Source: Octopus sinensis | Lineage: Eukaryota | Assembly: GCF_006345805.1 (NCBI RefSeq) | Contig: NC_042997.1 | Span: forward strand, 211,978,001 to 212,042,000 | DNA: 64,000 nucleotides | Reading direction: 5' to 3' | Part shown: piece after piece, positions 24,605 through 39,675 of the stretch | Numbering within the stretch: position 1 is the stretch's first letter | How the letters are laid out: each line of letters starts with the position of its first letter | Program-made: the position numbers and the translations under genes | The notes under the pieces: model-generated | Told to the model about the DNA's origin: nothing | The model's input: only the letters and a program-made list of their open reading frames with translations | Database searches by the model: none

Positions 24605-27600
24605 ATATATATATGCACCAGGAAATCCATATATAGAACCAGCTATCTTGGTTGAAGGAACAATTCTGAAGGTAGTAGACAAGTTTGTCTACCTGGGCAG
24701 CACACTCAGCTGTTCTTGCTCCCTGGATGAGGAAATATCTTTCAGGTTGCAGAGAGCAACTAATTCTTTCCGGTCTCTTCAGTCTCGTGTCTGGTCCCAA
24801 CATGGCATCGCAAGGAGAACAAAAGTTGCTGTGTACTGTGCTTGTGTACTGACATCGCTTCTCTACTCATGTGAGACATGGACTCTGTACAAACGTCAGG
24901 TAAGGGTCCTTGAACGTTTTCATCAGAGATGTCTCAGACACATTCTCAATGTTGGCTGGACCTCAAAAATTCCAGACACACAGATCCTGAGGACAGCTGA
25001 TATCTTGAGTATTGAGGCGATGGTACACAAGCACCGGTTGCGTTGGACTGGTCACCTTAGAATGGAGGATAGAAGGATTCCTAAGCAGATGCTCTATGGA
25101 GAACTTGAGAATGGAAAGAGACTCCGGCAGAAACCAAGGCTGCAATTTAAGGACTGTGTCAAGTCCTCGTTAAAGGCCTTTGATATGCAGGACACTGACT
25201 GGGAGAACAATGCCTGTCATCGCCACAGATGGAGGAAGCAGGTTAAGGAGGGGATCGACGCTTTTGAGAGAGCACGTATCCAGCATGAAGAATTTAAGCG
25301 AGCTGCGCGAAAGCGCACGGCTCGTATAGTGAATGGGGAAAGCTTGGTCTGCAATGTTTGCAGTCGTGTATGCTTGTCAAGAGCAGGGCTCATTAGCCAC
25401 CAATGGAGCTGCAAATGCAAAATATAAGTTAGTCCTAGAGCGCACAATGTTCCTGAAGGTCGGCAATGGTCTTCCTCGGTCACGAGTGAACAGCCATCAT
25501 GGATATATGTGTGTGCATGTGTCTGTGTTTATCTCCCATCACCACTTGACAACTGGTGTTGGTTCGTTTACATCCCCATAACTTAGCAGTTTGGCAAAAG
25601 TGACCAATAGCAAGGCTGCAGCCAAACGAGTGAAACAAGTAAAAGACAAATGAGAAGAATGTTTAGAAAGTATCTGCAGGGAAAGAAGCAAATCATCATC
25701 ATCATCATCATCGTCATCGTCGTCATCGTTTAACGTCTGCTTTCCATGCTGGCATGGGTTGGATGGTTTTGACTGAAGACTGGAAAGCCAGGAGGCTGCA
25801 CCTGATCTGATCCGGCAGAGGTTCTACAGCTGGATGCCCTTCCTAACACCAACCACTCCGAGAGTGTAGTGGGTGCTTTTTACGTGCCACTGGCACAGGG
25901 GCCAGTCAGGTGGCACTGGAATCGGCCACGTTTAGATGGTGCTTTTTATGTGCCATTGACACAGGGAGCCAGTCATGTGGGACTGGCAATGATCCACATA
26001 TGAATGGTACTTATTGTGTGCCACCAGCACAGGAGCCAGTCAGGTGGCACTGGCATCAGCCACAACTACAATTTCCATTTTGATTGTACTTGACTCCATA
26101 GGTCTCCTCAAGCACGGCATGTCGCCCGACGGTTCAAAGGTACTTTTTAGATGGGCTGGTTATGTAACACTGGTACAGGCTGTGATCCCACTTTAAGAGG
26201 AAAGCATGGCAGCAATTCATTTGATTGAGACAAGATGAATAAGGATCGAAAGAAACTTACCAGAGTAAAGAGTCCATCAAGAGTTTCCGGCAAGGAATAC
26301 TCAGCTATTTTAAAGACTGGGTGACGTTCACATTCCATTGAGAGTCTATTTGAGGTGGGATTGAAGCTGATGGGGCAGACAAAATAGTCCCATTGTAACA
26401 AAACATAGGAAAGCTGAAAATAGAATTTCATGAGAAATAAGTTTTACAAACCAAAACGATGGTTTAATTTGAATTTTTAAAATTAATTACATTTGCAGTT
26501 TATAATTAGTTGACTCTGTTTACAGCAGCTAATTACAGCAAGATGATTAACCTTGTAATATTGAACATGGTAGAAAACAATAAATCATTATAATAATGGA
26601 GCACAAAGTTAAAACTGACAAAGTGGCACTTTTGAGATGGCACAGTGGCACTTTTGTCATGGCACAGTGGCAGTGTGTCACTTTCATCGAGGAACTGTCG
26701 TATTGTCCCAGGAAATATTCAAGTTCACTTTTAAGAATGTTTAGATGAAGAATGATTCAAAATGATGTGATTAATATATGTTGGAAGTGACAGACATCCA
26801 AGGTAGATTAGCTTTGGGATAGCTTAACCACCCCCCAAGAAGATGCAGAGTGCAATGCCGAGAGTAGCACAGAATGAGGCAGCAAAGGGATGTCTAGGTG
26901 CCATGACCTGGATGTGACCTGACCCCATTAAAGTAGAAAGAGTTAAAGGCCCAAACCCTTGGGAGGGGGGAGGGGGCAGGAGAGCATTCTTCTCTGAAGA
27001 GTTGCTGTTTTTTCTGCAAATCCTAGACTTTCTTATTCCCTTAATCTACAGACTTAATACTCCAGATGTGTTAACTACTGCCAGAGTTGGTTGAGCATCA
27101 GGTGGGAGGCCTTGTGATATTCCAGTGAGTGGGGTAGGGTAAGGGTGGATTGGTGAAATTGTTAGAATTTTTTCTGGCTCTCTGTATTCTGAGTTCCAAT
27201 CCAGACATGGCCACCATGTGATAGACTGAATCAGTCACCACTGAACACTTTGTTGTCTTTAGTGGGAAAGTCCACTCTGTTTGGGCCAGGTCCTAGTTTT
27301 GAGCCCCCCCCCCATCCGCATGACTCTCACTCTTGGACAAACATCTCAATGGCTGTTGGCATTCTACTTTATTCCACATTAAGCAGAAGTAAAGGAAAAA
27401 TGACAGAGGCTGCTGCTGCCACCATGACCACCACCACTTACTGCTACAACTACAAAGATAATTGCTGTCAGCATCACTACTTTTAATTCTTATACTGAAG
27501 CAAATTCCACAATCCAAACAGAAATATTCGTCTTTTAAGATCCGTCCATTACTAACGCCAATGACAAAACATTTAAACGGATTTTATGAATTACTCCAAA

Positions 27601-30600
27601 TGCACAACATTAACTTTGGTTGGGTGAATCGTCTTGAAATAACTTTCATCAAATTGCTTACAAACAACCTGTTTATATTTTACTGAGAGGTTCTTACAGT
27701 CTCTATTATTACCTCCGGCTTAGTGAACGGGGAGGTATCGTTTTCAGTTGTGTTTGTTTGTGGACAAGATATCTCAAGAACTGCTAAGGAAACAAGGTAT
27801 AGATGAAGGGTTTACAAGGACAGTACAAGCTATGTACTGTCCTCATATGTACAAAAATGCAGAAAGTGAAAGTAGACAATGACTTCAGGGACCAATTTAG
27901 TATGAAGGTAGGAGTCTGTCAATGTTCAATCCTCAGTCCTCTCCTTTTCATTATAGTCCTATTGGCCACCACAAAGGAGTTTAAGACTAACTTTTCATGG
28001 GAACTCCTATAAACCTTTGATCTAATTCTCAGCTGAATCAACAGGGGAATTAGAGAAGACGTTCCAGAAACAGAAGCTAAATCTAGGATTGAGAGGCCTT
28101 AAAATAAAAGGACCAGTGTGGTGCCATGTCAAAACAGCCAGTACACTCTGTAAAATGGTTGGCATTAGGAAGGGCTTCCAGCTGTAGAGACCATGCCAAA
28201 GCAGACTGGAGTCTGGTCCAACCGTCCAACCCATGCCAGCCATGGACAACAGATGTTAAATGATGATGGCAGAAGACAGGACCCTGATACCTTCAAGGGA
28301 ATGGCCTTTGCTTGACATGCAGAAAAGGAGAAGGGCATAAGCTCCATACACAGCACCCAACATAAGCTACACGGTGGAATCACAAGCAGACTAACAGAGA
28401 AGGCCTTGCGTGTGACCGGTGCACAGGAATAATATTCCCCGTGAACACACTGGGACATTGGAAAGAGACTGTCATGAATGGCTGGATAGCTCACTGGAAG
28501 AAGTTGATAGCTTTTGGTTATCAAGGAGATGATACCAGTAAGAGAAGTGGTTGATCTGAAAGTTGCCAGAGTAAGAACTGGTTGGAGAAAGTTCAGGGAG
28601 TCACTACAGGTACTGGCAATGAAAATCTTTTTACATGGAGTCAAAGGCAGATTGTACGATGCTTGTGTTGGGACTGCAAGGCTGCATGGTAGTGAGACAT
28701 GGGCCTTGAATGCAGACAACTTGAAAAGATTGGAAAGAACTGAAGCTTTTGTTATCTCAGAGTATGTCATTCATATATGTCCTTCTTTTTCTAACATGGT
28801 AAGGTTAGATTGGAAGGAGACTGCCCTGCTATTTCTGGCAGACTGAGTAAATACATAGAAGTCCTGACATTGGTTCCAATAACAGGATGTAGCCATGTCC
28901 AGCCCCTTGTTATTCACGTAAAAGGAGATTTTATACCAACATTAAAACAAGAACATTCTTTAATTATTTCTAGAGATAAAAAAAATCTGAAACACTTACC
29001 AAAATTCCAAATATTACTGTTGAAAATGCCCCACCTATAAATCCTTCCCAGGTTTTTTTAGGGGACAGTTTGATTAAGGGTGTTTTACCAAAGAAAAACC
29101 CAAACATATATGCCATGATATCATTGCAGATAATCATGGAAACTGGAACCATCAGCCTGCAAAAAGGAGAAAAAAATAGTTATTGAAAATCCTAAATATT
29201 AAGAAGTTTCTTTTTTTTTTTATATAATAGAATGAAATTCAACCATTTTTGGAAAAACACAGAATTTGGGTTCCGGAAGCAGCCAAAATTCAATTATTGA
29301 ATATTTGATAAAAAACAAAAGTTCTTGTGTTGAAGCAAGAATTATTTCTAATAGAGTGAAAAACAGTTCTGGCAGAGACAGTGGCACAAATGTGGAATGG
29401 AATCTAGAGATAAAGAAAATGGGTCAGTTTGGTAAAATAGAGAGGTTTTTATGTTAACAAATTAACAAACTATATTTTGATAATGATTAAGTCGGAATAT
29501 AAGAATAAATTTGTGCTTTATCAAAGAAATGGAAGGTAGAAACAAAACACAACCAATTTTTTGTTCTGCTAGATACGGTGAGTCCATAACTTGCATTTAT
29601 TGGGAACTGAGTGGTTATCAAAAGAAAATTTGGCTAAAAATAAAATAGGGTTTTGAATATAATTTTCAGAGTTTAAAACAGAAAAAAAAAAGGTGTTTTT
29701 TTTAAATCTGATGTCTTTATTTCAGTCATTCATTAGACTGTGGCCATGCTGGGGCAGCACCTTCAGGAATTATTTTTTGACTTTAAGCCAGGTGCTTATT
29801 GTATCATTCTCTTTTGCCAAACTGCTAAGTTATGGAGACATAAACACACCAACACCAGTTGTCAAGCTGTGATGAAGGACAAAACACAGAGACTAACATC
29901 TGAACCATTTCATCTTTGGCCAAATTTTCTATTTGTAAAATTTCCTTCCTTACACATATCAATTATGGAATCACCGTATTTAACAGAAGAAAAAAAGCTG
30001 GTTGTGTTCCGTTTGTTTGATGTGGACAGTAAATTGGTTTTGTAGAAGATTGCTTCTTACCAAATGAGGCCTTCGAAAACATTTTGCACAATTAGGTGAG
30101 ATTGGGTGACAACAATCAACAGCGTCACATGGGTCCAACCAAACTGAAGAGAGAAGAAACAACTTGAATCAGTGACATTAATTACATTGTTAATTGGATG
30201 AGACACATAAAGAGAGAGAGAGAGAGAGAGAGAGAAAACAATCAATCCCAGAACACAACTGGTACTATAGTTATTGACCACCACCACCACCATCATCATT
30301 GAGCATCTGCTTTCCATACTGGCATGGGTGGGATGGTTTGAGAGGCAGCGAGCTGGCAGAACCGTTAGCACGCCGGGCGAAATGTTCAGCAGTATTTCGT
30401 CTGCCACTGCGTTCTGAGTTCAAATTCCGTCGAGGTCGACTTTGCCTTTCATCCTTTCGGGGTCGGTTAAATAAGTACCAGTTATGCACTGAGGTCGATG
30501 TAATTGACTTAATCTGTTTGTCTGTCCTCTCTGTGTTTAGCCCCTTGTGGGTAGAAAAGAAATAGGTTTGAAAAGAACCAAGGAACCAATGAGCTGTAAG

Positions 30601-32960
30601 GCTGCATCAGGCTCCAATGTCATCTTTGGCATGATTTCTAGAGCTGGGTGCCCTTCCTAACACCATCCCCTTTACAGGGTGGATTGTATGCTTTTTTCCT
30701 GATTCACCAGCTCTAACGAGGCTGCCATGTAAACTTGTAAGACAGCAAAAGAAAAGAAGGGAAAAGGAAAAAGCTTTCATTCATTCATCATCGTTTAACA
30801 TCTGTTTTCCATGCTGGCATGGGTCGGACAGTTTGACTGAGGACTGGCAAGCCATGAGGCTGCACCAGGCCTCTATCTGCTCTGGTAATGTTTCTACAGC
30901 AGGATGCCCTTCCTAATGCCAGCCACTCCAAGAGTGCAGTGGGTACTATTTATGTGCAAGCAGCACAGGGGCCAGTCAGTTGGCACTGGTCACGACAATG
31001 GTTTCACTTGATTCAACAGGCCTTCTTAAGCACAGAATATTGCCTGATGATTGAAGGGTACTTTTAAATGGGCCGGTTATGTGATGCTGGCCATGGTCTC
31101 ACTTGGTTTGCCGGGTCTTCTCAATCACAGCATATCTCCAAAGGTCTTGGTCACTTGTCATTGCCTCTGTGAGATCTCACATTTGAAGGTCATGCTTCAC
31201 CACCTCATCTCAGGTCTTCCTGGATCTACCTCTTCCACTCTTAGGACGTGGCACTTCTTTACACAGCTCTCCTCATCCATACGCAGCACATGGCCATACC
31301 AGCACCCTCATCTCTCTTGCACACCACATCTCATACTTCTTAGGTCCAACTTTTCTCTCAGAGCATTTACACTCTGTCATGTATGCACACTGACATTACC
31401 CATCCATTAGAGCATACTGGCTTCATTCCTTGCAAGCTTACGCATGTCCTCAGCAGTCACGGTCCATGTTTCACTGCCATGTAGCATGGCTGTTCACACA
31501 CATGTGTCATACAGTCTACTTTTCACACTGAGCAAGAGGCCCTTTGTCACCAGAAGAGGTAGGAGCTCTCTGAACGTTGCCCAGGCTATTCTTACTCTAA
31601 TTGCTACACTCACTCAGAGCATCCACCCCTGCTACTGACTTGGTCACCTAGGTAACGGAAGCTATCAACTGAAGAAGAAGCATTCAGGAGAGGAAGGAGG
31701 AGGTGGATGGCTTTATGCCAGGTGTTGAAAGGCTAAAGTATGATGGTGGGGGGGAAGCACAGGTGTCTTGTTACAGAGGAGATATACATGGCTGGAGGAG
31801 CCGAAAGGAAGATATGATGGGGTACCAGAACAGGCTCCCAAGAGGGTGAGCACAAGGGAGGGGATGAGGGAGTGTGTGGATACTCATCAGAGGGCAAGAG
31901 GGGGAGGATAAGAGCAGGTGGAGGTAGAGGTTAATGTAATGGGAGATGAACAAGGGTGGGGATGCAGCTGATGGGGAACACCAGTAATGGAGGGGGGGGG
32001 CAATATGCGAGATATAGGAGGGGAGGGGCTCATGAAGGAGAATAGAACAAAAAGTAGTGGGATGATGTGCAAGGTGTAGGAGAAGTGAAGAGGGAGATAT
32101 GGGGATAAATAAGGGGCTGTTATTGTAGGTAGATCATGATGATAGATATATGGGAGAGTATTGAGAATGTTAGCAGATAAGAGAGGGTGTTTAGAATGAA
32201 CACACACACACATATATATACACACATATACATATAATGCTGTGACTGCGAAGACCTGACAAATAACATGAGTTCATGGCTGTTTCCTGCACCAGCTTCA
32301 CATAGCAGCCCCAGCCCATCCAAAGTACCTTGGGTCGCAGGATGGCCTGCTGTGCTTACCTTGGATCATAGGGCAACCTGCTGTGCTTGAGGAGACCTAT
32401 TGAGTCAAGTACATCAACATCAAATAATCAAATGGAAATTGTAGTTGTGATACCTGTGCCGGTGGCACGTAAAAAGCATCATCCGAACGTGGCCGATGCC
32501 AGCGCCTACCTTGACTGGCTATAACCTGGTCACCCGTATAGTTAACCAGGTGATACACGACGGAGTCATACCCAATGACTGGTGTAGCAGCATAATAGTC
32601 AGCTGCTACAAAGGTAAAGGTGACGCCTTAGATACAAATAATTACAGAGGTATCAAGTTGTTGGATCAGGTGATGAAGGTCACTGAAGGGAGGAAGAGGG
32701 GGGAGAGGATGGGGTTAGATGAAGAGGGAGGAGTGTTGAGCTCATGTGGCGCAAAGGAGTGAAGAGAGAAGATTAATTCCTGTTCATGGCAAAGATGGGA
32801 ATCCAGATGGCCCCTGTACAAGGAGAATCCGAACACAGACAGGTATTGTAAAGAGTGACTGGTAGAGCGGAAATGGTGCAAAACCTGGGTGTTGTTGCCA
32901 AGCCTGATGTCTTGGAAGTGTTAGTTATGGTATATTCCATTAAGAAAATGGCAGAGTACA

Positions 32961-33036
<76 letters not shown>

Positions 33037-33817
33037 TTATGTATTTGTTTAGTAAGATTTCTGATGTGAAATCATGTTGAATCCGATCTTGTTGTATTTG
33101 GGGATGGTCATATTTTTGGCCAATTAACCAGATGCACTCTATATGCCTGTTCCTCACTTCATCTTTATTATTATTATTATTATTTTGGTGTCCTTTGTCT
33201 GAAATCTTTTGTAACACATCCTGTGACCTCTTCAGCAACTCTCCATCCCATGTGTCTCCTGATCTGGGCTGTGTATCCTTATCTGCACATGCATTTGTGT
33301 CTGTGTGTGTGCGTGCATTTGTCTGTGTTTAGAATGTGTGTCTTGTGTGTGTCTACATGGGTTTACTTACTACACTGTTTGTACCCATGACTTTTATTTA
33401 GTTATTTTGTTTTTTATTTGATATTTACTTATTTATAAGTGGAAAAAAAAAAGAAGCATTTTCCCTGCTGGCAATGCATTTCGATATCTTTGCTGTCCTG
33501 TGTACAACACCACACTCACAGGCAAAAGTTGTAGTTTGTATTTACAAACAAAGAGAGAGAGAGAGAGAGAGAGAGATAAAAACGAGAAATGAAGAATACA
33601 TACCAAAGTGAACTGCTTCAAATAATGTTTCTTGACCAAACTGCAGACAAAGGCAACGAAACCAGCAACGTAGAGAGAGAACGACAGAAAACGGTGGTAA
33701 GTGACAAAGAAACGAAGAAAGTTCTGGAAAAGAAATGAAAAACATGAGACATTGAGAGAGATTTCAATCACATAAAAAGATGTTTGTATACATATATATG
33801 TGTGTGTATGTGTTTGA

Positions 33818-33900
<83 letters not shown>

Positions 33901-35668
33901 TATTTATATTATCATATGATTGAACACCACGCATGCATTTCCAAGTAAGTTAATCTTAATAATGTTGATGCGACTCTGTCCTGTACCTTTCTCTCTCTCT
34001 CCCTTTCTCTAATTCTTTTTTCTCACCTTCTCCCCCTTTCATTTTTTTCTCTCATCCTTTTTCTCCCCTTCATCATTTCTATCTGTCCCGTCTCTCCTTG
34101 CTCACATGTGACCATTGTGCATCTTTCTTTTCCCCACTTGATCATCTTTTCATTCTGTCTGTGTCACAGACCAAATGCATTCTTGTCCATTTCATTTCCT
34201 GTCAACGAATGGTGCTTTTTACATGCCACTAGCATGGGAGCCAGTCAGCAGTCCTGGTAATGATCACACTTGAATGGTGCTTTTAATGTTCCACTGGCAC
34301 AGGTGCCAATCAGGCAGTACTGTCATCGGCCACAACAATGATCTCACTTGCCTCAACAGGTCTTCACAAGCATAGTTTATTGTCCAATGATTGAAGGGTA
34401 CTCTTAAATGGGCTGCTTATACAGCACTGGCATAGGCCACGGTTATGGTTTCACTTGGCTTGCTGGGTCTTCTCAAGCACAACAAATCTCCAAAGCTCTC
34501 GATCACTGTCATTGCCTTGGTGAGGCCCAATGTTCGAAGGTCGTGCTTTATCACCTCATCCCAGGCCTTCCTGGTTATACCTCTTCCACAGGTTCCCTCA
34601 ACTGCTAGGGTATGACACTTTTTCACAGAGCTGTCCTCATTCATTCGCAACACATGACCATACCAGCGCAGTCATTTCTCTTGCACACCACATCTCATGT
34701 TTCTTAAGTCCAACTTTTCTCTCAGGATGCTTACACTCTGTTGTGTATGCACACTGGCATTGCACATCCAGCAGAGCATACTGGCTTCATTCCTTGCCAT
34801 CCTACACAATATATATCATCATCGTTTAATGTCCATTGTCCATGCTGGAATAAGTTGGACAGTTTGACTGGTCTGGCATGCTGGAAGGCTGCACCAGACT
34901 CCAGTCTCATTTGGTATGGTTTTCGATGACTTAATGCCCTTCCTAATGCCAACCACCCCAGGAGTGTAATGGGTGCCATTTGCATGACGATTTTCTTCTC
35001 AAGCATGACATAATGCCAAAGGTCTGTCATTGCCTCCGTGAAGCCCAACATTCGAAAGAAGCTTTTTATGTGCCAGTAATGGGACACCAACATCAGTCAT
35101 GACAATGATTTCACTTGGCTTGGAGGTCTTTCTCAAGCATGACATCTCGCCAAAGGTCTTGATTTACTAGTCATTGCCTCTGTCAGCCTCAAAGTTCGAA
35201 GATCATGTTTCATCAACTCGTCCCATGTCTTTCTGGGTCTACTCCTTCCACAGTTAGAGATCGGCACTTCTTTACTCAGCTGTCCTCATCCATACACATC
35301 CCATAACCATATTAATGCACACCATATCTGATGTCTCTTACGTTCAACTTTTCTCTCAAAATGCTTACACTCTGTTGTACATGCACACTGACATTGCAGA
35401 TCCAGCGAAGCATACTAGCTTCATTTCTTTCAAGCCCATGTTTAACTGCCATGTTTTCACACAGGTATCATACAATCTACCTTTCATCTGAGAGAGGGGC
35501 CCTTTGTTGCCAGCAGAAGTAGGAGCCCTCTGAACTTTGCCCAGCTTGCCCTTTTTCTCACAGCTACACTCTCGGAGCATCCACCTCCGCTATTAACTTG
35601 GTCGCTGAGATAACGGAAGCTATCTACTACCTCTAGCTTCCGTTACCTAGGTGACCAAGTTAGTAGCG

Positions 35669-35715
<47 letters not shown>

Positions 35716-38700
35716 CTGTGAGCATCCCTGATATGAGGGAAATTGTTGGATTCCAATTTTCTGTGGAAACAGGATTTGGTCAAAGGGAGGTGTCGGTTTA
35801 CATCTACCAGGTAGGTCATATTTATTGTCTTGGTTTTTATGGCTGGAGGCACTGCCAGCCACCAACCACTTTAATACATGCTTCAGCAACATTTCTTGTT
35901 CCAGCAACTCCACAAAGATTGCTAACAACACAACTAAAGCCCCCCCCATCCCCCGCCCCCTATCTTGTATTAGTTTCATTGTTTTTATTCAGTTTTTGCT
36001 CCCCTCAACAGGTTGCCTGTACTGCAGCTTCTGGAGTCCACTTTCTAGCTTTAAATTTGAGCAGCAAAGATGGGTGAGAGGTCATTATATGGAAGGGAAC
36101 TATGTGATTATTAAAAGGACAATTTAATTTATACAGTTATAATTTGGAGAATTAAAAAGTATGGAAAGGCTATTTCCTATTAGGTAATAACAAAACAAAA
36201 CTGTCCAGCTATTATTGATTTTTCATATAGATAATCAATAACGAGTATTGACAGACTTCTTAGAATAGGAGAAAACTAAAAATCACTGAAAACAAAAAGA
36301 AAAAATAAACAAAAAACAAAACATAGAATCAATTCTAATGTTTCCAGTCAGACTACTAACAACTCCAACTCAAAATCTGGATCAACAAATTAAAAAGCTT
36401 TCAAACTGCTCTGATCAGGTCATCTTAACCTTTCATAATTGTAATACAATACAAGTATTGACGTCCAAGTGTATGTTTGTTGCTGATCTAGATTGAACCC
36501 AGCACCTCATCTCCCACACCATATTCACTAATAATGTATGTTCTCAGTGTATTTAGTGCTATTAGAAAGACAGCAGTACATTAGGGGGATTAAAAAGGGG
36601 TTAAATTTATAAGAAAACAATTAGGTAAAAACTTGTGGCTAAAAAATGATTTTTATTTCTGTTTATTATGAATTAATCAGAAGAAGATGAGGTAATTATG
36701 ACCTTTCCAGGAAGAAAGAACAGTATGGGACCTACCAGCCTCCCCATCTCCATGCCACTGATGTTAACCGAGGGGAAAGGCAAAGGGGCCGATACAGCTT
36801 GGCACCAGTGATGTCGCAGCTGATTTCTACAACTGAGTGAACTGGAGCAACGTGAAAATAGAGTGTCTTGCTCAAGAACACAACACACAGCCCGGCCCAA
36901 GAATCGAACTCACTACCTCATGATTGTGAGCCTAATGCTCTAACTACTGAGCCATGCACCTCTACACACACATGCTGATATCATCATCATTGTTTAACGT
37001 CTGTTTCCATGCTGGCATGGGTTGGACGGTTAGAGTGAGGTCTGGAGAACCAGGAGGCTGCACCAGGCTCCAATCTGATCTGGCAGGGTTTCTACAGCTG
37101 GATGCCCTTTGTAATGCCAAACACTACAAGAGTGTAGTGGGTGCTTTTTATGTGCCACTGGCACGGGGGGGGGGGCAGTCAGGTGGTACTGGCATCGGCA
37201 ATGTTTGGATGGTGTTTTTTAAATGCCATCAGCACAGGTGCCAGTCAGGTGGACCTGGTATTGACCACGTTCAGATAGATATGATTTTTCAGTCTTACCA
37301 GGGACATATTTAACTGATTTGTATGCCAATGGACTCACGCATATTCACATCAACACCTTTACAAACATCTCTCTTGAGTTGTTCAGGTTTGATATAATTT
37401 CATTTGAATTCCCTCTTCCCATCATGCACTGCTGTCCACGGCTGGGTTTTCCTATCCATTTCCAAAGATATTGGCTTTCATCAATGAATTCTTGATGCAA
37501 TCCTTCAATGTTAATTTCATTTCTTTAGCCCTGGGCTAAACTCACCATACAGAAATTGCTTAGGGATGCAATCATCTTCGTAATTGCCGCTCAAATACTG
37601 GAGACTCTATATCGGTAGACTGTATTCAAGGACTTCAACAGCCGTTCAAGAATTTGGACCTGGAGATCTCCATTTCCAGCGACTTTGAGGGCCACCTCCC
37701 AGTGGTGTTGGGCGTCAACGAAGAGCCCTCGACTACAACAAGACGACCAAAGTTATTTTTTTTTCCCAAGGTCTGGGGTCTCCTGCCCCTAAGCCCTAGA
37801 CCATCACCTAATCACCCTTACCTGTCCTGTTACTTAACAACAACAACAACAAGGACATCAACAACATTTACATACGTTTGCCAACAGACACCCAGCATAT
37901 TGACATGAGGGTGACATTGTCCGTGAAATCACTCCGGTCTTTCCATATAACTCCAGTAAACAACCCTGAACACGCACATGGATAAAGTAACAAAGACAAA
38001 ATGTAAATCTTGCAGACTTTTAAGTTTGTCTCCATTGAACTTCCATGTTGGGGCCATTAATGTCTATTTCTGAATGTTTCACTGGTTTCCTTGGTTCAGA
38101 CGGAGATCTCATCATCAAGAATATTTGTCTCGTTTACATTACTGTTCAAATGCAATGAATTGATGCACAACCTGCAACTTCTGTCCACACACGCAACAGC
38201 TTGGCTCAGAATTGGTTTCACCTGGTGCAGGTTGGTACATTAAGACCTTTTCAGGCTGATTGTTGCACCCAATGCACTGCATGCTGTCAACAAGGAGACC
38301 ACAAGTCATGTGAATATAAATTTATTTAACCATATGACAAAAGATTACAGCCATTTCGCAACCATCTTCATATCATATTCATCTCAGAAATTACATGTAC
38401 ATGTTTTTTTAATTAATATTATATACGCAGCATTATACAGTAGAATTGTATATTCACAAATTAATGCAAATAAAGAAAGCTAGCTCTTCAGATCATCTGA
38501 ACATCTTGGTTACCTGAAGAGTTCAACTCTAAATATACAAACAGAAAACACTCTTTACATACACAATGTATGGAAGACTGGAACTGGAGAAAATTATATT
38601 GATTTGGTCAGTAAAAGGTAAGCATCTCAGTAAAGACTTATTGTATTGTTGTTATGATAGCAAAAAATTTACTTCACATATGAACATCTTCATATCAATG

Positions 38701-39410
38701 AAGCCAAAGTGCTAGATTGAAAGTGGGGAATTCACCATCCTGTTGATGTAACGATGATGTCCAGGTGATCTGATGAGCTAGCTTTCTTTATTTGCATTGA
38801 CTTATGAAGATGCAATCCTATTGTAGAATGCTGAGCATAGTAAGGCAAACACACACAGGCATAACTTCTGGCATTCTGAAATTAATGATTTGGGAAGAAG
38901 GTTGTGAAACAGCTGTAAACCTAGGGAAGTCACGTGGTTAAACATATCTATTATTCACTTCTTGTACCTCCTGACTTTATGCTTTTATATCCACCTCACA
39001 GATTCATCTGATTGCCAGGATCTTCTGCTCCATGGATACTTGACATTAAATTGCTTTGTCATTGATTACTAAATGGGCTGATGGCTAAGCCTGCACTAAG
39101 TGGGCTGATGGCTAAGCCTGCAAGAGGACTTTGGTGTGAGAGCTGCTGCAGCATTCTCGGAATCCATATCTTGCACTACTCATGTACATTGTGTGTGTGT
39201 GTGTGTATATATATACAGGGTGCGGTGAGTAAACTGTCGTCTATATTATGCAAAACTGTAAATAATACTCTCATCTCATTTTAACATATATTTACTGAAG
39301 TTACATTGTGTGCATACATAATGTAACTTTGGTAAATAGATCTGTTAAAATGAGATGTCAGTGTTATTTTCATTTTTGCAAAATTTAGACAACAGTTTAT
39401 TCACCATACC

Positions 39411-39467
<57 letters not shown>

Positions 39468-39625
39468 GGAGTAAACACATAAATGTGAAACAAGGTGGAA
39501 AAAAGAGTACTGAAATACCAGTGGTAGAGTAATATGCTTTATTTAAAGCAGCAGAAAATTCAACAAAACCTGTTACTCTGAGTTTCACGTTGCCGTTCGT
39601 CGGACAGTTTTTGCTAGAATTATAT

Positions 39626-39675
<50 letters not shown>

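Noticed and set aside
24477-24613. N-terminal part of the 316-aa ORF
   Set aside because: It is translated (TA)n/(TG)n microsatellite. Only the part from about 24614 is RTE-derived, and it is not a host gene.
38771-38790. CUGAUGA as a hammerhead core
   Set aside because: No downstream GAAA or stem III/I pairing. The same applies to ctgacga at about 60821, 63655 and 24277(-).
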